DNA from: Dehalococcoidia bacterium
Lineage (GTDB): Bacteria; Chloroflexota; Dehalococcoidia; Bin125
Length of the DNA stretch: 64,000 nucleotides
NCBI GenBank assembly: GCA_963663235.2
Contig: CAXXNO010000006.1
Coordinates: 279,129 to 343,128, forward strand
Direction: 5' to 3'
Under the pieces are notes generated by a model. The model did not search any database. It was not told the DNA's origin and saw only the letters and a program-made list of their open reading frames with translations. The translations under genes and the position numbers were made by a program. Below are positions 36,911 through 46,409 of this stretch, piece by piece; position 1 is the stretch's first letter; each line of letters starts with the position of its first letter.

Positions 36911-37909
36911 GTGTCGGAGGAGCCCAGCCTCCTGCTGGAGCGCTATCTGGATGGCCTCAGCGGGCAGCGCAACCTTTCGCGCTACACACTGCGGAACTAC
37001 CGCTCCGATCTCTCGCAGTTCTTGCAGTACCTGCAGGCGCAAGGCATCGCGGTCGATGAGGTCACGCGGTTCACGTATCGCACCTACCTCGCCGAACTTG
37101 GGGCCAAGGGCGCGGCGCCGGCGAGCCTGCGACGGCGGGGCAGCACCATCAAAGCGTTCTTCAAGCACCTCTTCGCCAGCGGCGCCTTGCCGACCAACTC
37201 ACTGAAGCTCGCCGGATCGCCAAAGATCCCCTCACGACTGCCTACCTTCCTCAGCGCCGCGGAGGTCGAGGCCCTGCTGGCCGCCCCCGACATCGGTACC
37301 CCGGCCGGCCTCCGTGACCGCGCGATTCTGGAAGTGCTCTACGGGGCGGGGCTGCGCGTCAGCGAACTCGCGCGCCTCCAGTTGGGAGCGGTGGACCGAG
37401 AGAACCAACTCCTGCGCGTGCGAGGCAAGGGCAATCGCGAGCGAGCCGGGTTTCTCGGTGGACCGGCGTTGGACGCCATCGATGATTATGTACAGTACGG
37501 CCGACCGGCCCTCGTGAGTGACAAGAGCAGCGATTGGCTCTGGCTCAACCGGTTCGGCGGGCCGCTGTCCGCGCGCGCCGTGCAACTGGCGGTGCATCGC
37601 TACGCGGTGCAGGCGGCGCTGCCCAAGAGCGTGCACCCTCATCTGTTGCGACATTCATTCGCCACGCATATGCTGGAGCGCGGCGCTGACGTGCGAATCG
37701 TGCAGGAGTTGCTGGGGCACGCCAGCGTCGGTACCACCCAGATCTACACGCACATTACCGAAGCGTCGAAGCGGGCCGCAGTGGAGGACGCGCTGGACGG
37801 CATCAGCGCTCAATTGCGAAACCGGCTCGCGCGCAACCCCGGCGGCCCCGGGCGCCCTGAGGGAGATCGGCGCCGTCGGGCGGCCGTCAAGGAGCCCACG
37901 ACGCCATGA
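36911..37909 (+). CDS. xerC: Tyrosine recombinase XerC-like
   Basis: RDRAILEVLYGAGLRVSEL, GKG, HPHLLRHSFATH, LLGHASVGTTQIYTH, in dprA-topA-xerC synteny. Confidence 0.88.
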   Translation: MSEEPSLLLERYLDGLSGQRNLSRYTLRNYRSDLSQFLQYLQAQGIAVDEVTRFTYRTYLAELGAKGAAPASLRRRGSTIKAFFKHLFASGALPTNSLKLAGSPKIPSRLPTFLSAAEVEALLAAPDIGTPAGLRDRAILEVLYGAGLRVSELARLQLGAVDRENQLLRVRGKGNRERAGFLGGPALDAIDDYVQYGRPALVSDKSSDWLWLNRFGGPLSARAVQLAVHRYAVQAALPKSVHPHLLRHSFATHMLERGADVRIVQELLGHASVGTTQIYTHITEASKRAAVEDALDGISAQLRNRLARNPGGPGRPEGDRRRRAAVKEPTTP

Positions 37910-38352
37910 GGATCCTGTTGATCTCGGGCCCCAACCTGAACTTGTTGGGCCAACGCACGTCGGAAATCTACGGCACCCACTCTCTGTCCGAGATCGAGGC
38001 GCTGGTGCGCAAACGGGCCGACGAGTGGAGCGTGGACGTGCGCCCGTATCAATCCAACAACGAAGGCGCGATCATCGACTTCATCCAGCAGGAGAGCAGC
38101 GCCGATGGCCTCATCATCAACCCCGGCGCTCTGGCCCACTATGGCTACGCCCTCCGTGACGCCCTGGAAGCGTTCCCGGGCGCCAAGGTGGAGGTGCACA
38201 TCTCCAACGTCTACGCGCGCGAGAGCTTTCGCCACACCTCGGTGACCGCGCCGGTGATGAACGGGGTGGTTATTGGGCTAGGCTGGCGCGGCTACCTGGC
38301 GGCGCTGGACGCGCTGGTCGGTCTGCTCCAGGAGGGACAGGGCTCCTCCTAG
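37906..38352 (+). CDS. aroQ: Type II 3-dehydroquinate dehydratase
   Basis: GPNLNLLG.R, QSNNEG, INPGA, EVHISN..ARESFRH.S. Confidence 0.96.
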   Translation: MRILLISGPNLNLLGQRTSEIYGTHSLSEIEALVRKRADEWSVDVRPYQSNNEGAIIDFIQQESSADGLIINPGALAHYGYALRDALEAFPGAKVEVHISNVYARESFRHTSVTAPVMNGVVIGLGWRGYLAALDALVGLLQEGQGSS

Positions 38353-38416
38353 CGCCGCGGGACAGTCGACACGCCATCGGTCGAGCCGCCACACTGGAAG
38401 ACGAAGGATCCTGCCG

Positions 38417-39505
38417 ATGAGCGAACGCCTGGCACGCCTGCGGGCCCGCCTCGCGGAAGACGGGCTGAACGCCCTCCTCGTGACCGATCCCCACAACCGG
38501 CGCTACTTGACCGGCTTCAGCGGCTCGGCCGGGAGCGCCCTGGTCACCGCCGAGCGCGCCGTCCTAGCAACCGACTTCCGCTACTGGGAGCAGGCGGAGA
38601 TGCAGGCGCCGAGCTTCGCGCTGTACAAGCAGGAAGGCCGGCTGGGAGAGTGGCTGCCCGGCTTTGTTTCGGGGCTGGGGGGCAAGAAGATCGGATACGA
38701 GGCGGGGCACGTCACCGTCGCCGCGCACAAGGAGATCCGCGACGCTATCGCGTCGATGCCCGCGGGGGACCGCCCTGGCTTGCTGCAAACAGAGGGGTTG
38801 GTGGAGGAGCTGCGCGCGATCAAAGACGAAGATGAGCGAGCGGCGCTGGAACGGGCCGTGAAGCTGGGGGACGAGGCGTTTCAGAGCGCGACCGCGGTGA
38901 TGGAGCCAGAGTGGACAGAGCAGCGCCTGGCTTGGGAGATTGAGCTTTACGTCCGTGAGCACGGCGCCGAGGGGCTCTCCTTCCCGACCATCGTGGGTAG
39001 CGGCGCATGGGGCGCCATGCCACACGCCTATCCGCGGGACGTCGCGATCGGAGAAGGGCAGCCGATCGTGATCGACATGGGAGTGCTGCTGGACGGGTAC
39101 TGCTCGGATATGACGCGGACGGTGATTCTGGGGCGGCCGGGCGATCAGTTCAAGCGCATCTATGACGTGGTGCTCACGGCGCAGGAGACCGCCGAGGCGA
39201 CGATTGAGGCGGGCATGACGGGCCACGATGCCCACATGATCGCGCAGGCGATCATCGCCGAGGCCGGCTACGGCGACTACTTCGGCCACGGGTTGGGCCA
39301 CGGAGTGGGTCTAGAGATCCACGAGCGGCCGCGGGTCGGTCAGACGGCGGAGGACCGCATCGAAGAGGGCATGGTGATCACGGTGGAGCCGGGGATCTAC
39401 CTGCCGGGCTGGGGCGGCGTGCGCATCGAGGACATGGGCGTCATCGAAAACGGCAGGCTCCGCGTCTTCACCACAGCGCCCAAACTCCGCCTAGTCGGCG
39501 TCTAG
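38417..39505 (+). CDS. Xaa-Pro aminopeptidase (M24 family)
   Basis: YLTGFSGS, DMG...GYCSDMTRT, GHGLGHGVGLEIHE, TVEPGIY, GVRIED. Confidence 0.94.
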   Translation: MSERLARLRARLAEDGLNALLVTDPHNRRYLTGFSGSAGSALVTAERAVLATDFRYWEQAEMQAPSFALYKQEGRLGEWLPGFVSGLGGKKIGYEAGHVTVAAHKEIRDAIASMPAGDRPGLLQTEGLVEELRAIKDEDERAALERAVKLGDEAFQSATAVMEPEWTEQRLAWEIELYVREHGAEGLSFPTIVGSGAWGAMPHAYPRDVAIGEGQPIVIDMGVLLDGYCSDMTRTVILGRPGDQFKRIYDVVLTAQETAEATIEAGMTGHDAHMIAQAIIAEAGYGDYFGHGLGHGVGLEIHERPRVGQTAEDRIEEGMVITVEPGIYLPGWGGVRIEDMGVIENGRLRVFTTAPKLRLVGV

Positions 39506-39521
39506 GGGCGGGAAGCCGACG

Positions 39522-40091
39522 ATGATTACCACCAGCGATCTGCGAAAGGGCGTCGTCATCGAGATGGACGACACGCTCATGCAGGTGGTCGATTGGGAGC
39601 ACATCAAGATAGGACGCGGCAGCGCCCAGGTGCGGCTGAAGCTGCGGGACCTGCGCGGCGGTCATACGATCGAGAAGACGTTCCAGTCCGGCAGCAAGTT
39701 TCGCCGCGCGCGCATCGATCGCCACGGGATGCAGTACCTCTACGCGGAAGGCGACCTGCACCATTTCATGAACACCGAGAGCTATGAGCAGGTCCCCATC
39801 TCAGGTGCGCTGGTGAGCGAGACGCTACCGTTCCTGCGAGAGAACAGCCTGGTAGAGGTGCTCTTCTCCGGTGATGAGCCGATCGGCATCGAGCTGCCGG
39901 CGGCCGTCGAGCTGGAGATCGCCGAGAGCGAGCCGGGCGTCAAGGGTGATAGCGCCGGCGCGACTCTCAAGCCAGCCAAACTCGAGACCGGGCTCACGGT
40001 CAACGTGCCCTTGTTCGTCGGTCCGGGCGACGTCATCAAGGTGGACACCCGGTCCGGCGAGTACTTGGAGCGGGTCTCGACTGCCTCCTGA
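39522..40091 (+). CDS. efp: Elongation factor P
   Basis: HIKIGRGSA, PGVKGDS, KPAKLETG, VPLFV..GD.IKVDTRSGEY. Confidence 0.97.
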   Translation: MITTSDLRKGVVIEMDDTLMQVVDWEHIKIGRGSAQVRLKLRDLRGGHTIEKTFQSGSKFRRARIDRHGMQYLYAEGDLHHFMNTESYEQVPISGALVSETLPFLRENSLVEVLFSGDEPIGIELPAAVELEIAESEPGVKGDSAGATLKPAKLETGLTVNVPLFVGPGDVIKVDTRSGEYLERVSTAS

Positions 40092-40111
40092 TCCGCGAGG
40101 CGGGAGTGAGC

Positions 40112-41410
40112 ATGCCCGACGGGTCCGACCCCCCACTGCCACCTCCGCCGGGGACGAGCGCTATCGCAGAACGAGCGCATCCCTACGACAGTGGCGCGCC
40201 GCCGGTGCGTGAGTACAGCGTTAGTCAGATCGCGGCGTACCTGCGGGAGCTCCTGGATACCGATCCCGTGGTCGCCAATGTCTGGATCGCAGGCGAGGTC
40301 ACAAGCCTGTCCCGCTCGCAGGCGGGCCATCTCTACTTCACCCTCATCGATGAGGCGGGCGCCCTTCGCTGCGTCTTCTTCCGGGGCGACAACCTCGGCG
40401 TGACGGTGGAGCAGGGTGCGCAGGTGATCGCCCACGGCCGCGTGTCCTTCTACTTGGAGCGGGGTGACCTGCAGTTCTACGTCGATGCGCTCCAACCGGA
40501 GGGCATCGGTGTGTTGCAAGCGGAGTTCCAGCGCCTGCTTGCGCGCCTGGAGGGGGAGGGACTGTTTGAGCCGAGCCGCAAGCGACCGCTTCCCCGCTAC
40601 CCACGCGCCATCGGGGTCGCCACGTCGCCCGCGGGCGCCGTCTGGCACGACATCCAGACGGTCCTGGCGCGCCGCTGGCCGCTCACAGAATTGGTGCTCG
40701 CCCCTTGTCGGGTTCAGGGGGAGGGCGCGGGTCCGACGATCGTTCGCGCCATTGAGCGGCTCAACCGACCGGCCGCCGCGAGCGAGGCCGCCCTGGACCT
40801 GATTATCGTGGCGCGCGGCGGTGGGTCGATCGAGGACCTGTGGCCGTTCAACGATGAAGGCGTAGCGCGCGCCATCTTCGCCAGCGGCGTGCCCGTGGTG
40901 AGCGCCGTCGGGCATGAGACGGACTACACGATCGCGGACTATGTCGCGGACGTGCGCGCTCCCACCCCGTCCGCGGCGGCGGAGATCGTGGCACCAGAGA
41001 GGGGCGCGGAGCGCGATCGAGTCGTAACGGCGCGCGTCGCGCTGGCACGCGGGCTGGAGGCGACGGTGGAGCGGGCACGCGACCAGGTCGACGGGCTAGC
41101 CGCCCGCCTGGACAAGCAGGAGCCGGACATCACGCCGCTGCGGCTGCGCCTGGACGAGCTGGGCCGTCGCTCGGGCGAACGCCTGGCCAGCGAGACCACC
41201 ACGCGGCGGGCCAGCCTTGGGGCGCTAGTGGGCCGGCTCGGTGCGCTCGATCCCGGCGCCACCCTGGCGCGCGGCTATGCGATAGTCCTGGATGAGCGAG
41301 GGCGGCCCGTCACACGCGCCGCCACACTGGAGCGCGGCGACCGCTTGCGTATCCGCTTCCAGGACGGCGCCGCCAGCGCCGCAGTGACAGCAATCGAGAC
41401 AACGCAATGA
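40112..41410 (+). CDS. xseA: Exodeoxyribonuclease VII large subunit
   Basis: GHLYFTL, ARGGGSIEDLWPFN, SAVGHETD, RAPTPSAAAE, TLARGYA. Confidence 0.96.
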   Translation: MPDGSDPPLPPPPGTSAIAERAHPYDSGAPPVREYSVSQIAAYLRELLDTDPVVANVWIAGEVTSLSRSQAGHLYFTLIDEAGALRCVFFRGDNLGVTVEQGAQVIAHGRVSFYLERGDLQFYVDALQPEGIGVLQAEFQRLLARLEGEGLFEPSRKRPLPRYPRAIGVATSPAGAVWHDIQTVLARRWPLTELVLAPCRVQGEGAGPTIVRAIERLNRPAAASEAALDLIIVARGGGSIEDLWPFNDEGVARAIFASGVPVVSAVGHETDYTIADYVADVRAPTPSAAAEIVAPERGAERDRVVTARVALARGLEATVERARDQVDGLAARLDKQEPDITPLRLRLDELGRRSGERLASETTTRRASLGALVGRLGALDPGATLARGYAIVLDERGRPVTRAATLERGDRLRIRFQDGAASAAVTAIETTQ

Positions 41411-41628
41411 CCAAGCGCAGCGCCAAGAAAACCGAACGGCCACCAGCCTACGAGGAGCTCGTGGCGAAGCTGGAAGCCAGCGTCGAGCGGCTGGAGAGCG
41501 GCGGCCTGACCCTAGACGAGGCGATCGCCGCGTACGAGGAGGGCACGGCGCTCGCCGCGCAGTGCCAGCGGCTGCTGGACACCGCCGAGCAACGCATCCG
41601 TGAACTGCAGGATTCGGCCGAGGACTGA
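41407..41628 (+). CDS. xseB: Exodeoxyribonuclease VII small subunit
   Basis: YEE...LE..V.RLESG.LTLDEAI..YEEG..L...CQ..L..AEQRI. Confidence 0.95.
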   Translation: MTKRSAKKTERPPAYEELVAKLEASVERLESGGLTLDEAIAAYEEGTALAAQCQRLLDTAEQRIRELQDSAED

Positions 41629-41631
41629 GGC

Positions 41632-42318
41632 GTGGCGCGAGCCGATTTCCACACGCACACCGCGTTCTCGCCCGACGCGCTGACGAGTCCTGCGGCATTC
41701 GTGCGCCGCTGCTGCGACCGCGGGCTGACGCACGTGGCCATCACCGACCACACGGGGATCGAGGGCGCGCTGGCCGTGGCCGAGATCGCGCCTTTCACCG
41801 TGATCGTGGGGCAAGAGGTGAAAACGGCCGAAGGCGAGTTGATCGGCCTCTTCTTGGTGGAGTCCGTGCCATCCGGACTCCCAGCTCGAGAGACGGCCGA
41901 ACGCATCCACCGTCAGGGGGCGGTGGTGGTCGCGCCGCATCCGTTCGACCCGTTCCGGCCCAACATCGGACGCCGAGGGCTGGCCGAGATCGGTGACGCC
42001 GTGGACATCATCGAGGGCTACAACGGGCGCTCGATGCTGCGCCGGATCGACCGAGCCGCGCGGCGCTACGCCGCCGAGCACGACCTCCCTGTGGGGCTGG
42101 GCTCCGACGCCCACTGTCGCCGAGAGTTGGGACGTTCGTTCGTCGAGTTGCCGGATTTCGACGGCCCGGAGGCGTTGCTCGTGGCGCTACGGCAAGCGTC
42201 TTACCACCTCGCACGGCCGGCGCCCTGGCTCGTTCCGTCGAGCGGGATCGCGCGCGCGCGTCGCTGGATCGGCGGCGGCCCGGCCGCCTCGCCGCGTCCT
42301 GAAGGGCCGCGCGCATGA
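41632..42318 (+). CDS. PHP-domain metal-dependent phosphoesterase
   Basis: DFHTHT..SPD, AITDH, GQE, PHPF, GSDAH. Confidence 0.9.
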   Translation: MARADFHTHTAFSPDALTSPAAFVRRCCDRGLTHVAITDHTGIEGALAVAEIAPFTVIVGQEVKTAEGELIGLFLVESVPSGLPARETAERIHRQGAVVVAPHPFDPFRPNIGRRGLAEIGDAVDIIEGYNGRSMLRRIDRAARRYAAEHDLPVGLGSDAHCRRELGRSFVELPDFDGPEALLVALRQASYHLARPAPWLVPSSGIARARRWIGGGPAASPRPEGPRA

Positions 42319-43100
42319 CCCTACGCCTTGCCTGGTTCGCCACCGCCCGAGGCACCAGCTCCCGACGGCTCCTTGAACGCGCGGCGCAGGCGATCGCCGC
42401 CGGCGCGCTGGACGCGCGGATCGTGGTGGCGTTCTGCAACCGTGAACGCGGCCAGTCGGCCAATACAGACGCTTACCTGGACGCGGTCGAGCAGGCCGGC
42501 GTGCCGCTGGAGACGCTCTCGTCCGCCGCCTGGCGCGAGCGCGTCGGCGGCGCGGTGCGGCAGGCGGGCGGATCGATCCCGCAGTGGCGCCACGACTTCG
42601 ACGCCGCCGTGTACGAGCGCATCGCGGCCTACGAGCCCGACAGCGCCGTCCTGGCCGGGTACATGTTGGTGGCGACGGAGAAGCTCTGCGACCGCTTGCC
42701 CCTGCTCAACCTGCATCCCGCCGAACCGGGCGGGCCGGTCGGGACCTGGCAAGAGGTGATCGGGCGGCTCATCGAGGGCGGCGCCGCGACCAGCGGAATG
42801 ATGATCCAGCGCGCCACCACGGCCTTGGACCGAGGCCCAATCGTCACATCCTGCCGCTACTCCATCCGCGGGCCTGGACTCGACGCGCTGTGGGCAGGCC
42901 GCAGCGGCGCGGTGACCGAGGACGAGCCACTCTTCGGCGCCATTCGCGAACTCGGAGTCCAACGAGAGCCAGCCTTTCTCATCGCCTCGCTCCAAGCGGT
43001 GGCCGGCGGTCGTGCGGCACTCCCCCCGGCCGAGGGGCCCGGTCCCCAAATCGACCTCAGCGCGGAGGTGGAGGCGGCCACCCGGCGCGACGGCTCGTAG
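42315..43100 (+). CDS. Formyltransferase family protein (divergent PurN-like)
   Basis: LAGYM, LNLHP, LDRGP match the N-H-D catalytic motifs of GAR transformylase. Confidence 0.8.
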   Translation: MTLRLAWFATARGTSSRRLLERAAQAIAAGALDARIVVAFCNRERGQSANTDAYLDAVEQAGVPLETLSSAAWRERVGGAVRQAGGSIPQWRHDFDAAVYERIAAYEPDSAVLAGYMLVATEKLCDRLPLLNLHPAEPGGPVGTWQEVIGRLIEGGAATSGMMIQRATTALDRGPIVTSCRYSIRGPGLDALWAGRSGAVTEDEPLFGAIRELGVQREPAFLIASLQAVAGGRAALPPAEGPGPQIDLSAEVEAATRRDGS

Positions 43101-43189
43101 TCAAGCTCCGCCACCGGGCGCGTTCGACGATTCAGGCGATCTTCTGGAATCCCCCTGACGCCGTGCAGGTCTCTGCCTATACTGCCCCC

Positions 43190-43576
43190 ATGAACGCTGC
43201 CTGTCCGGCCTGCGTGACGGCCATCGACCCCGCCGACAGATTCTGTCGCTGGTGCGGTGTGGCTCTGAGACCGGACGCAGAACTGACAGAGGCGGGCCGC
43301 GCCGTTGCTGTGCCGCCGACGGACGTGCGCCCCGCAGTGCGCCCGGACCTTGCGCCTCTGGTACCGACCGCTGTGCGGGCACTGACAGTGCTGGCAGCAG
43401 CCGGCGCGCTGGAGTGGGCGGTGCGCCGGGGGACAAGGCGGCTCCTCCACAACGGTCTGCCGCTCATGAACGGCGTGCGCGAGCGGCGGGCCCCACGGCG
43501 GACGCCGAAGTCGGGCAACGGCACAACGCGGATCGACTCCGTAGTGATCGAGCGTCGCATCTCCATCCGTCACTAG
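43190..43576 (+). CDS. Zinc-ribbon domain protein
   Basis: CPAC-x10-FCRWCG. TATACT box 6 nt before ATG 43190. Confidence 0.65.
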   Translation: MNAACPACVTAIDPADRFCRWCGVALRPDAELTEAGRAVAVPPTDVRPAVRPDLAPLVPTAVRALTVLAAAGALEWAVRRGTRRLLHNGLPLMNGVRERRAPRRTPKSGNGTTRIDSVVIERRISIRH

Positions 43577-43629
43577 CCCTTCGTTCCAACCGGTAGCGCC
43601 GACCGGCGCATCCAGACGGCCACCTCATT

Positions 43630-44859
43630 ATGCTAGGCCGCCGGATGCTCAACGATTGCGTCAGCGCAGTGGTGGCGATTGGCGGGCCGTCGCTCCTTGG
43701 AGCCGCGCTCATCGCTCTGACCGGCGCCGCCAGCGCGACGCCCACTCTGGCGCAGACCGACGAGAGCCCCCTAGTGATCTCGGAAGTCCTCGTCAACAGC
43801 GGACAGGGATCAGAGGAGGCCGCTCACGAGTGGCTGGAGCTCTGGAACCGCTCGGAGAACCCGGTTTCGTTGGAGGGGTGGCGGATCGAAGACAACCACA
43901 GCGGGGACTCGCTGCCAGCCATCGACGTCGAGGCGGGTGCGTTTGTTGTCGTGGCGGCGTCGGATCGGGCGTTCGAGCCGGACGAGGCGAGGGCGCTCGC
44001 GGCCTCGCTGGCGGTGACGGCGGACGGACGGATTGGCAACGGCCTGGCAAACACCGGCGACCGTCTGATTCTCCGGGAGCCCGGTGGGGCGGCCGTCGAC
44101 GGGCTATCGTGGGGAGTCGATCGTTCGATCAGCGATCTGCCGGCACCGGCGGTGGGGCAGTCGCTAAGTCGGAGCGACCCCGATGGTCCCTTCCAGACTG
44201 GCACGCCCAGCCCCGGCGCCGCGACTCCGGCCGGCGCCGACCTTGGCGTCGAGCCGCCGCCTTTGCGCATCACCGAGATCTTCGGCAACAGCGGGCAGGG
44301 AACCGCGGAGGCCGCATTCGAATGGATCGAGGTCCACAATCCCACGGGGGAAGCCGTGAACCTGCAAGGCTGGCGCGTGAGCGACAACGGTGGCACCGAT
44401 GTCCTTCCCGAAGGTGAGATCCCAGCGGGCGGCTATGCGATCATCGCCGGCAGCTTCGATGGGGTCAGCACCGTCGCGACGGTGATCGTGATCCCGGACG
44501 GGCGGATCGGGAACGGCTTGGCGAACGGTGGCGATATCGTCACGCTGCTCGATCCCGCCGGCCGCGTGGTGGACAGCGTGGACTACCGTGCTCCCCCGCT
44601 GCCGCTGCCGGAGCCGGATCGATCGATCGCCCTCACCGACGACGGCTGGGTGCTCAACGTGGCGCCCTCACCGGGGAGCCGAGCGGCGGAGCCTTTGCTC
44701 GCCACGTCGCTCATCGACGAACGGGCGGGCGAGCGTTCCGCACCGACTAGAGAGGAAGGGGGAGACTCGGGCGTGCCGGCCTGGGCCTTGGTCGCCTTGG
44801 CGCTGGGCATTCCCCTGGCGATTGTCGGTGGGCGGGCGCTGTGGCTGCGTCGCAGATGA
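43630..44859 (+). CDS. Secreted, membrane-anchored protein with two lamin-tail domains
   Basis: Signal-like N-terminus; two repeats of ISE/ITE...EW.E..N....V.L.GW...DN...GNGLAN.GD...L.DP.G..VD; C-terminal TM followed by RRR. Confidence 0.85.
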   Translation: MLGRRMLNDCVSAVVAIGGPSLLGAALIALTGAASATPTLAQTDESPLVISEVLVNSGQGSEEAAHEWLELWNRSENPVSLEGWRIEDNHSGDSLPAIDVEAGAFVVVAASDRAFEPDEARALAASLAVTADGRIGNGLANTGDRLILREPGGAAVDGLSWGVDRSISDLPAPAVGQSLSRSDPDGPFQTGTPSPGAATPAGADLGVEPPPLRITEIFGNSGQGTAEAAFEWIEVHNPTGEAVNLQGWRVSDNGGTDVLPEGEIPAGGYAIIAGSFDGVSTVATVIVIPDGRIGNGLANGGDIVTLLDPAGRVVDSVDYRAPPLPLPEPDRSIALTDDGWVLNVAPSPGSRAAEPLLATSLIDERAGERSAPTREEGGDSGVPAWALVALALGIPLAIVGGRALWLRRR

Positions 44860-45677
44860 GGGGCGAGGCGCCAGAGCCGGAAACGGTAACCGAGGCGGAG
44901 CCCGCAGCGCTGCGCCTCCAGGTCGCGCTGGCGCGGGCGGGGATCGCGTCACGGCGGGCGGCGGCACAACTGATCGAGTCGGGGCGGGTGACGGTCAACG
45001 GCCAGGCGATCCGTCTCCCAGGATGCAAGGTGGACCCGAGCCGCGATGAGGTGGCGCTGGACGGCGAACGGCTGATCATCGGTGAGCGGCACCAGTACTA
45101 CGCGCTGCACAAGCCGCGGGGTGTACTCTCGAGCGTCGGAGACAGCCGCGGACGGCGCACGGTGGTCGACTTTCTGCCGCCGGATGCGGGCCGCTGTGTA
45201 CCGGTCGGGCGCTTGGACCTGGACAGCGAAGGGCTCCTGCTGCTGACCAACGATGGGCCGCTGGTCACGGCGCTTCTCCACCCCCGCAGCCGCCTGCCGC
45301 GGGAGTACCTCGTGGAGGTCGAGGGGCGCGTCAGCAACGACACGCTGGATCAGATCCACGCTGGTGTCCCTCTTCCCGACGGCACCATGGCCAGCGCCAA
45401 GCCCAAGCGTTCGCGCCGTCCAGGCCGAGCGCCGCACAGAGACCGACCCGGCACGAGTTGGCTGATCGTCACGCTGCACCAGGGTCGGAAGCGAGAGGTG
45501 CGGCAACTCTGCGCCGCAGTCGACCATCCAGTGCGGCGGTTGATCCGCGTGCGCTTCGGCCCTATTCGCCTACGCGACATGCGGCCGAGCGAGATCCGGA
45601 CGCTGAGTGACCGCGAGGTGCGGCTCCTGCAGCAGCAGGCGGCAGCGGCCCCGGCGCAACCGAAGCCACCCGTATAA
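44856..45677 (+). CDS. Ribosomal large subunit pseudouridine synthase (RluB/RsuA family)
   Basis: S4 domain RLQ..LARAG.ASRR, HKPRG, VGRLDLDSEGLLLLTNDG, GRKREVR. Confidence 0.94.
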   Translation: MRGEAPEPETVTEAEPAALRLQVALARAGIASRRAAAQLIESGRVTVNGQAIRLPGCKVDPSRDEVALDGERLIIGERHQYYALHKPRGVLSSVGDSRGRRTVVDFLPPDAGRCVPVGRLDLDSEGLLLLTNDGPLVTALLHPRSRLPREYLVEVEGRVSNDTLDQIHAGVPLPDGTMASAKPKRSRRPGRAPHRDRPGTSWLIVTLHQGRKREVRQLCAAVDHPVRRLIRVRFGPIRLRDMRPSEIRTLSDREVRLLQQQAAAAPAQPKPPV

Positions 45678-45686
45678 TCGTCCGGG

Positions 45687-46409
45687 ATGGGCACTATCGA
45701 CGACGACGCGTTGGGTGGATTGCTCGTGATTGCGATCGACGGCCCGGTCGCCTCCGGGAAGAGCGAACTAGGCCGCCGCCTGGCGGAGCGGTTGGGCTGG
45801 CGCATGCTCGACACCGGCGTGATGTACCGGGCGCTGACCTGGCTGGCGCTGGAGCGCAGCGTCGACCTCCAGGACGAGACGGCGCTCACCCGCCTAGCGG
45901 AAGCGGTGCAGATGGAGGTGGGCCCACCGCTGTCCGGAAGCGACGAGAGCGCCACTATCATCGTGGACGGGCTCGACGCGACTGCACACCTGCGCGAGAA
46001 GCACGTCGAATCGAGCGTGTCCACGGTGGCGGCGGTTGCGGGGGCGCGCCAGCAGCTGGTGGCGCGCCAGCGTGAGGAGGCGGAGCGCGAGCACTTGGTT
46101 ATCGTGGGGCGGGACATCGGCACGGTGGTGGCCCCGGACGCCGCCGTGAAGATCTACTTGGTCGCGACACCGACCGAGCGGGCTCGCCGACGCGCCGCGG
46201 AGATCCGGGCCACCGGCCGCTCAGTGGCGGAGCGCCAGGTGCTGGAGGATCTGCTACGTCGCGACGAGCGCGACGCCGGCCGGATCGATTCACCACTGCG
46301 CGCGGCGGAGAATGCGCAGGAAATGGACACGAGCGCCCTCAGCATCGACAAGATGGTGGAAGCGGCGCTGCAGATCGTGGCGAAGCGGCTGCCGGAGGCG
46401 ATGGGCTGA
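45687..46409 (+). CDS. cmk: Cytidylate kinase
   Basis: IAIDGPVASGKS, LDTG.MYRA, GRDIGTVV.PDA, RD.RD..R..SPL. Confidence 0.96.
   Translation: MGTIDDDALGGLLVIAIDGPVASGKSELGRRLAERLGWRMLDTGVMYRALTWLALERSVDLQDETALTRLAEAVQMEVGPPLSGSDESATIIVDGLDATAHLREKHVESSVSTVAAVAGARQQLVARQREEAEREHLVIVGRDIGTVVAPDAAVKIYLVATPTERARRRAAEIRATGRSVAERQVLEDLLRRDERDAGRIDSPLRAAENAQEMDTSALSIDKMVEAALQIVAKRLPEAMG

Noticed and set aside
36911-37909. Tyrosine recombinase as a prophage or island integrase
   Set aside because: It has XerC size and motifs in the conserved dprA-topA-xerC context and overlaps aroQ. No att site or cargo is visible.
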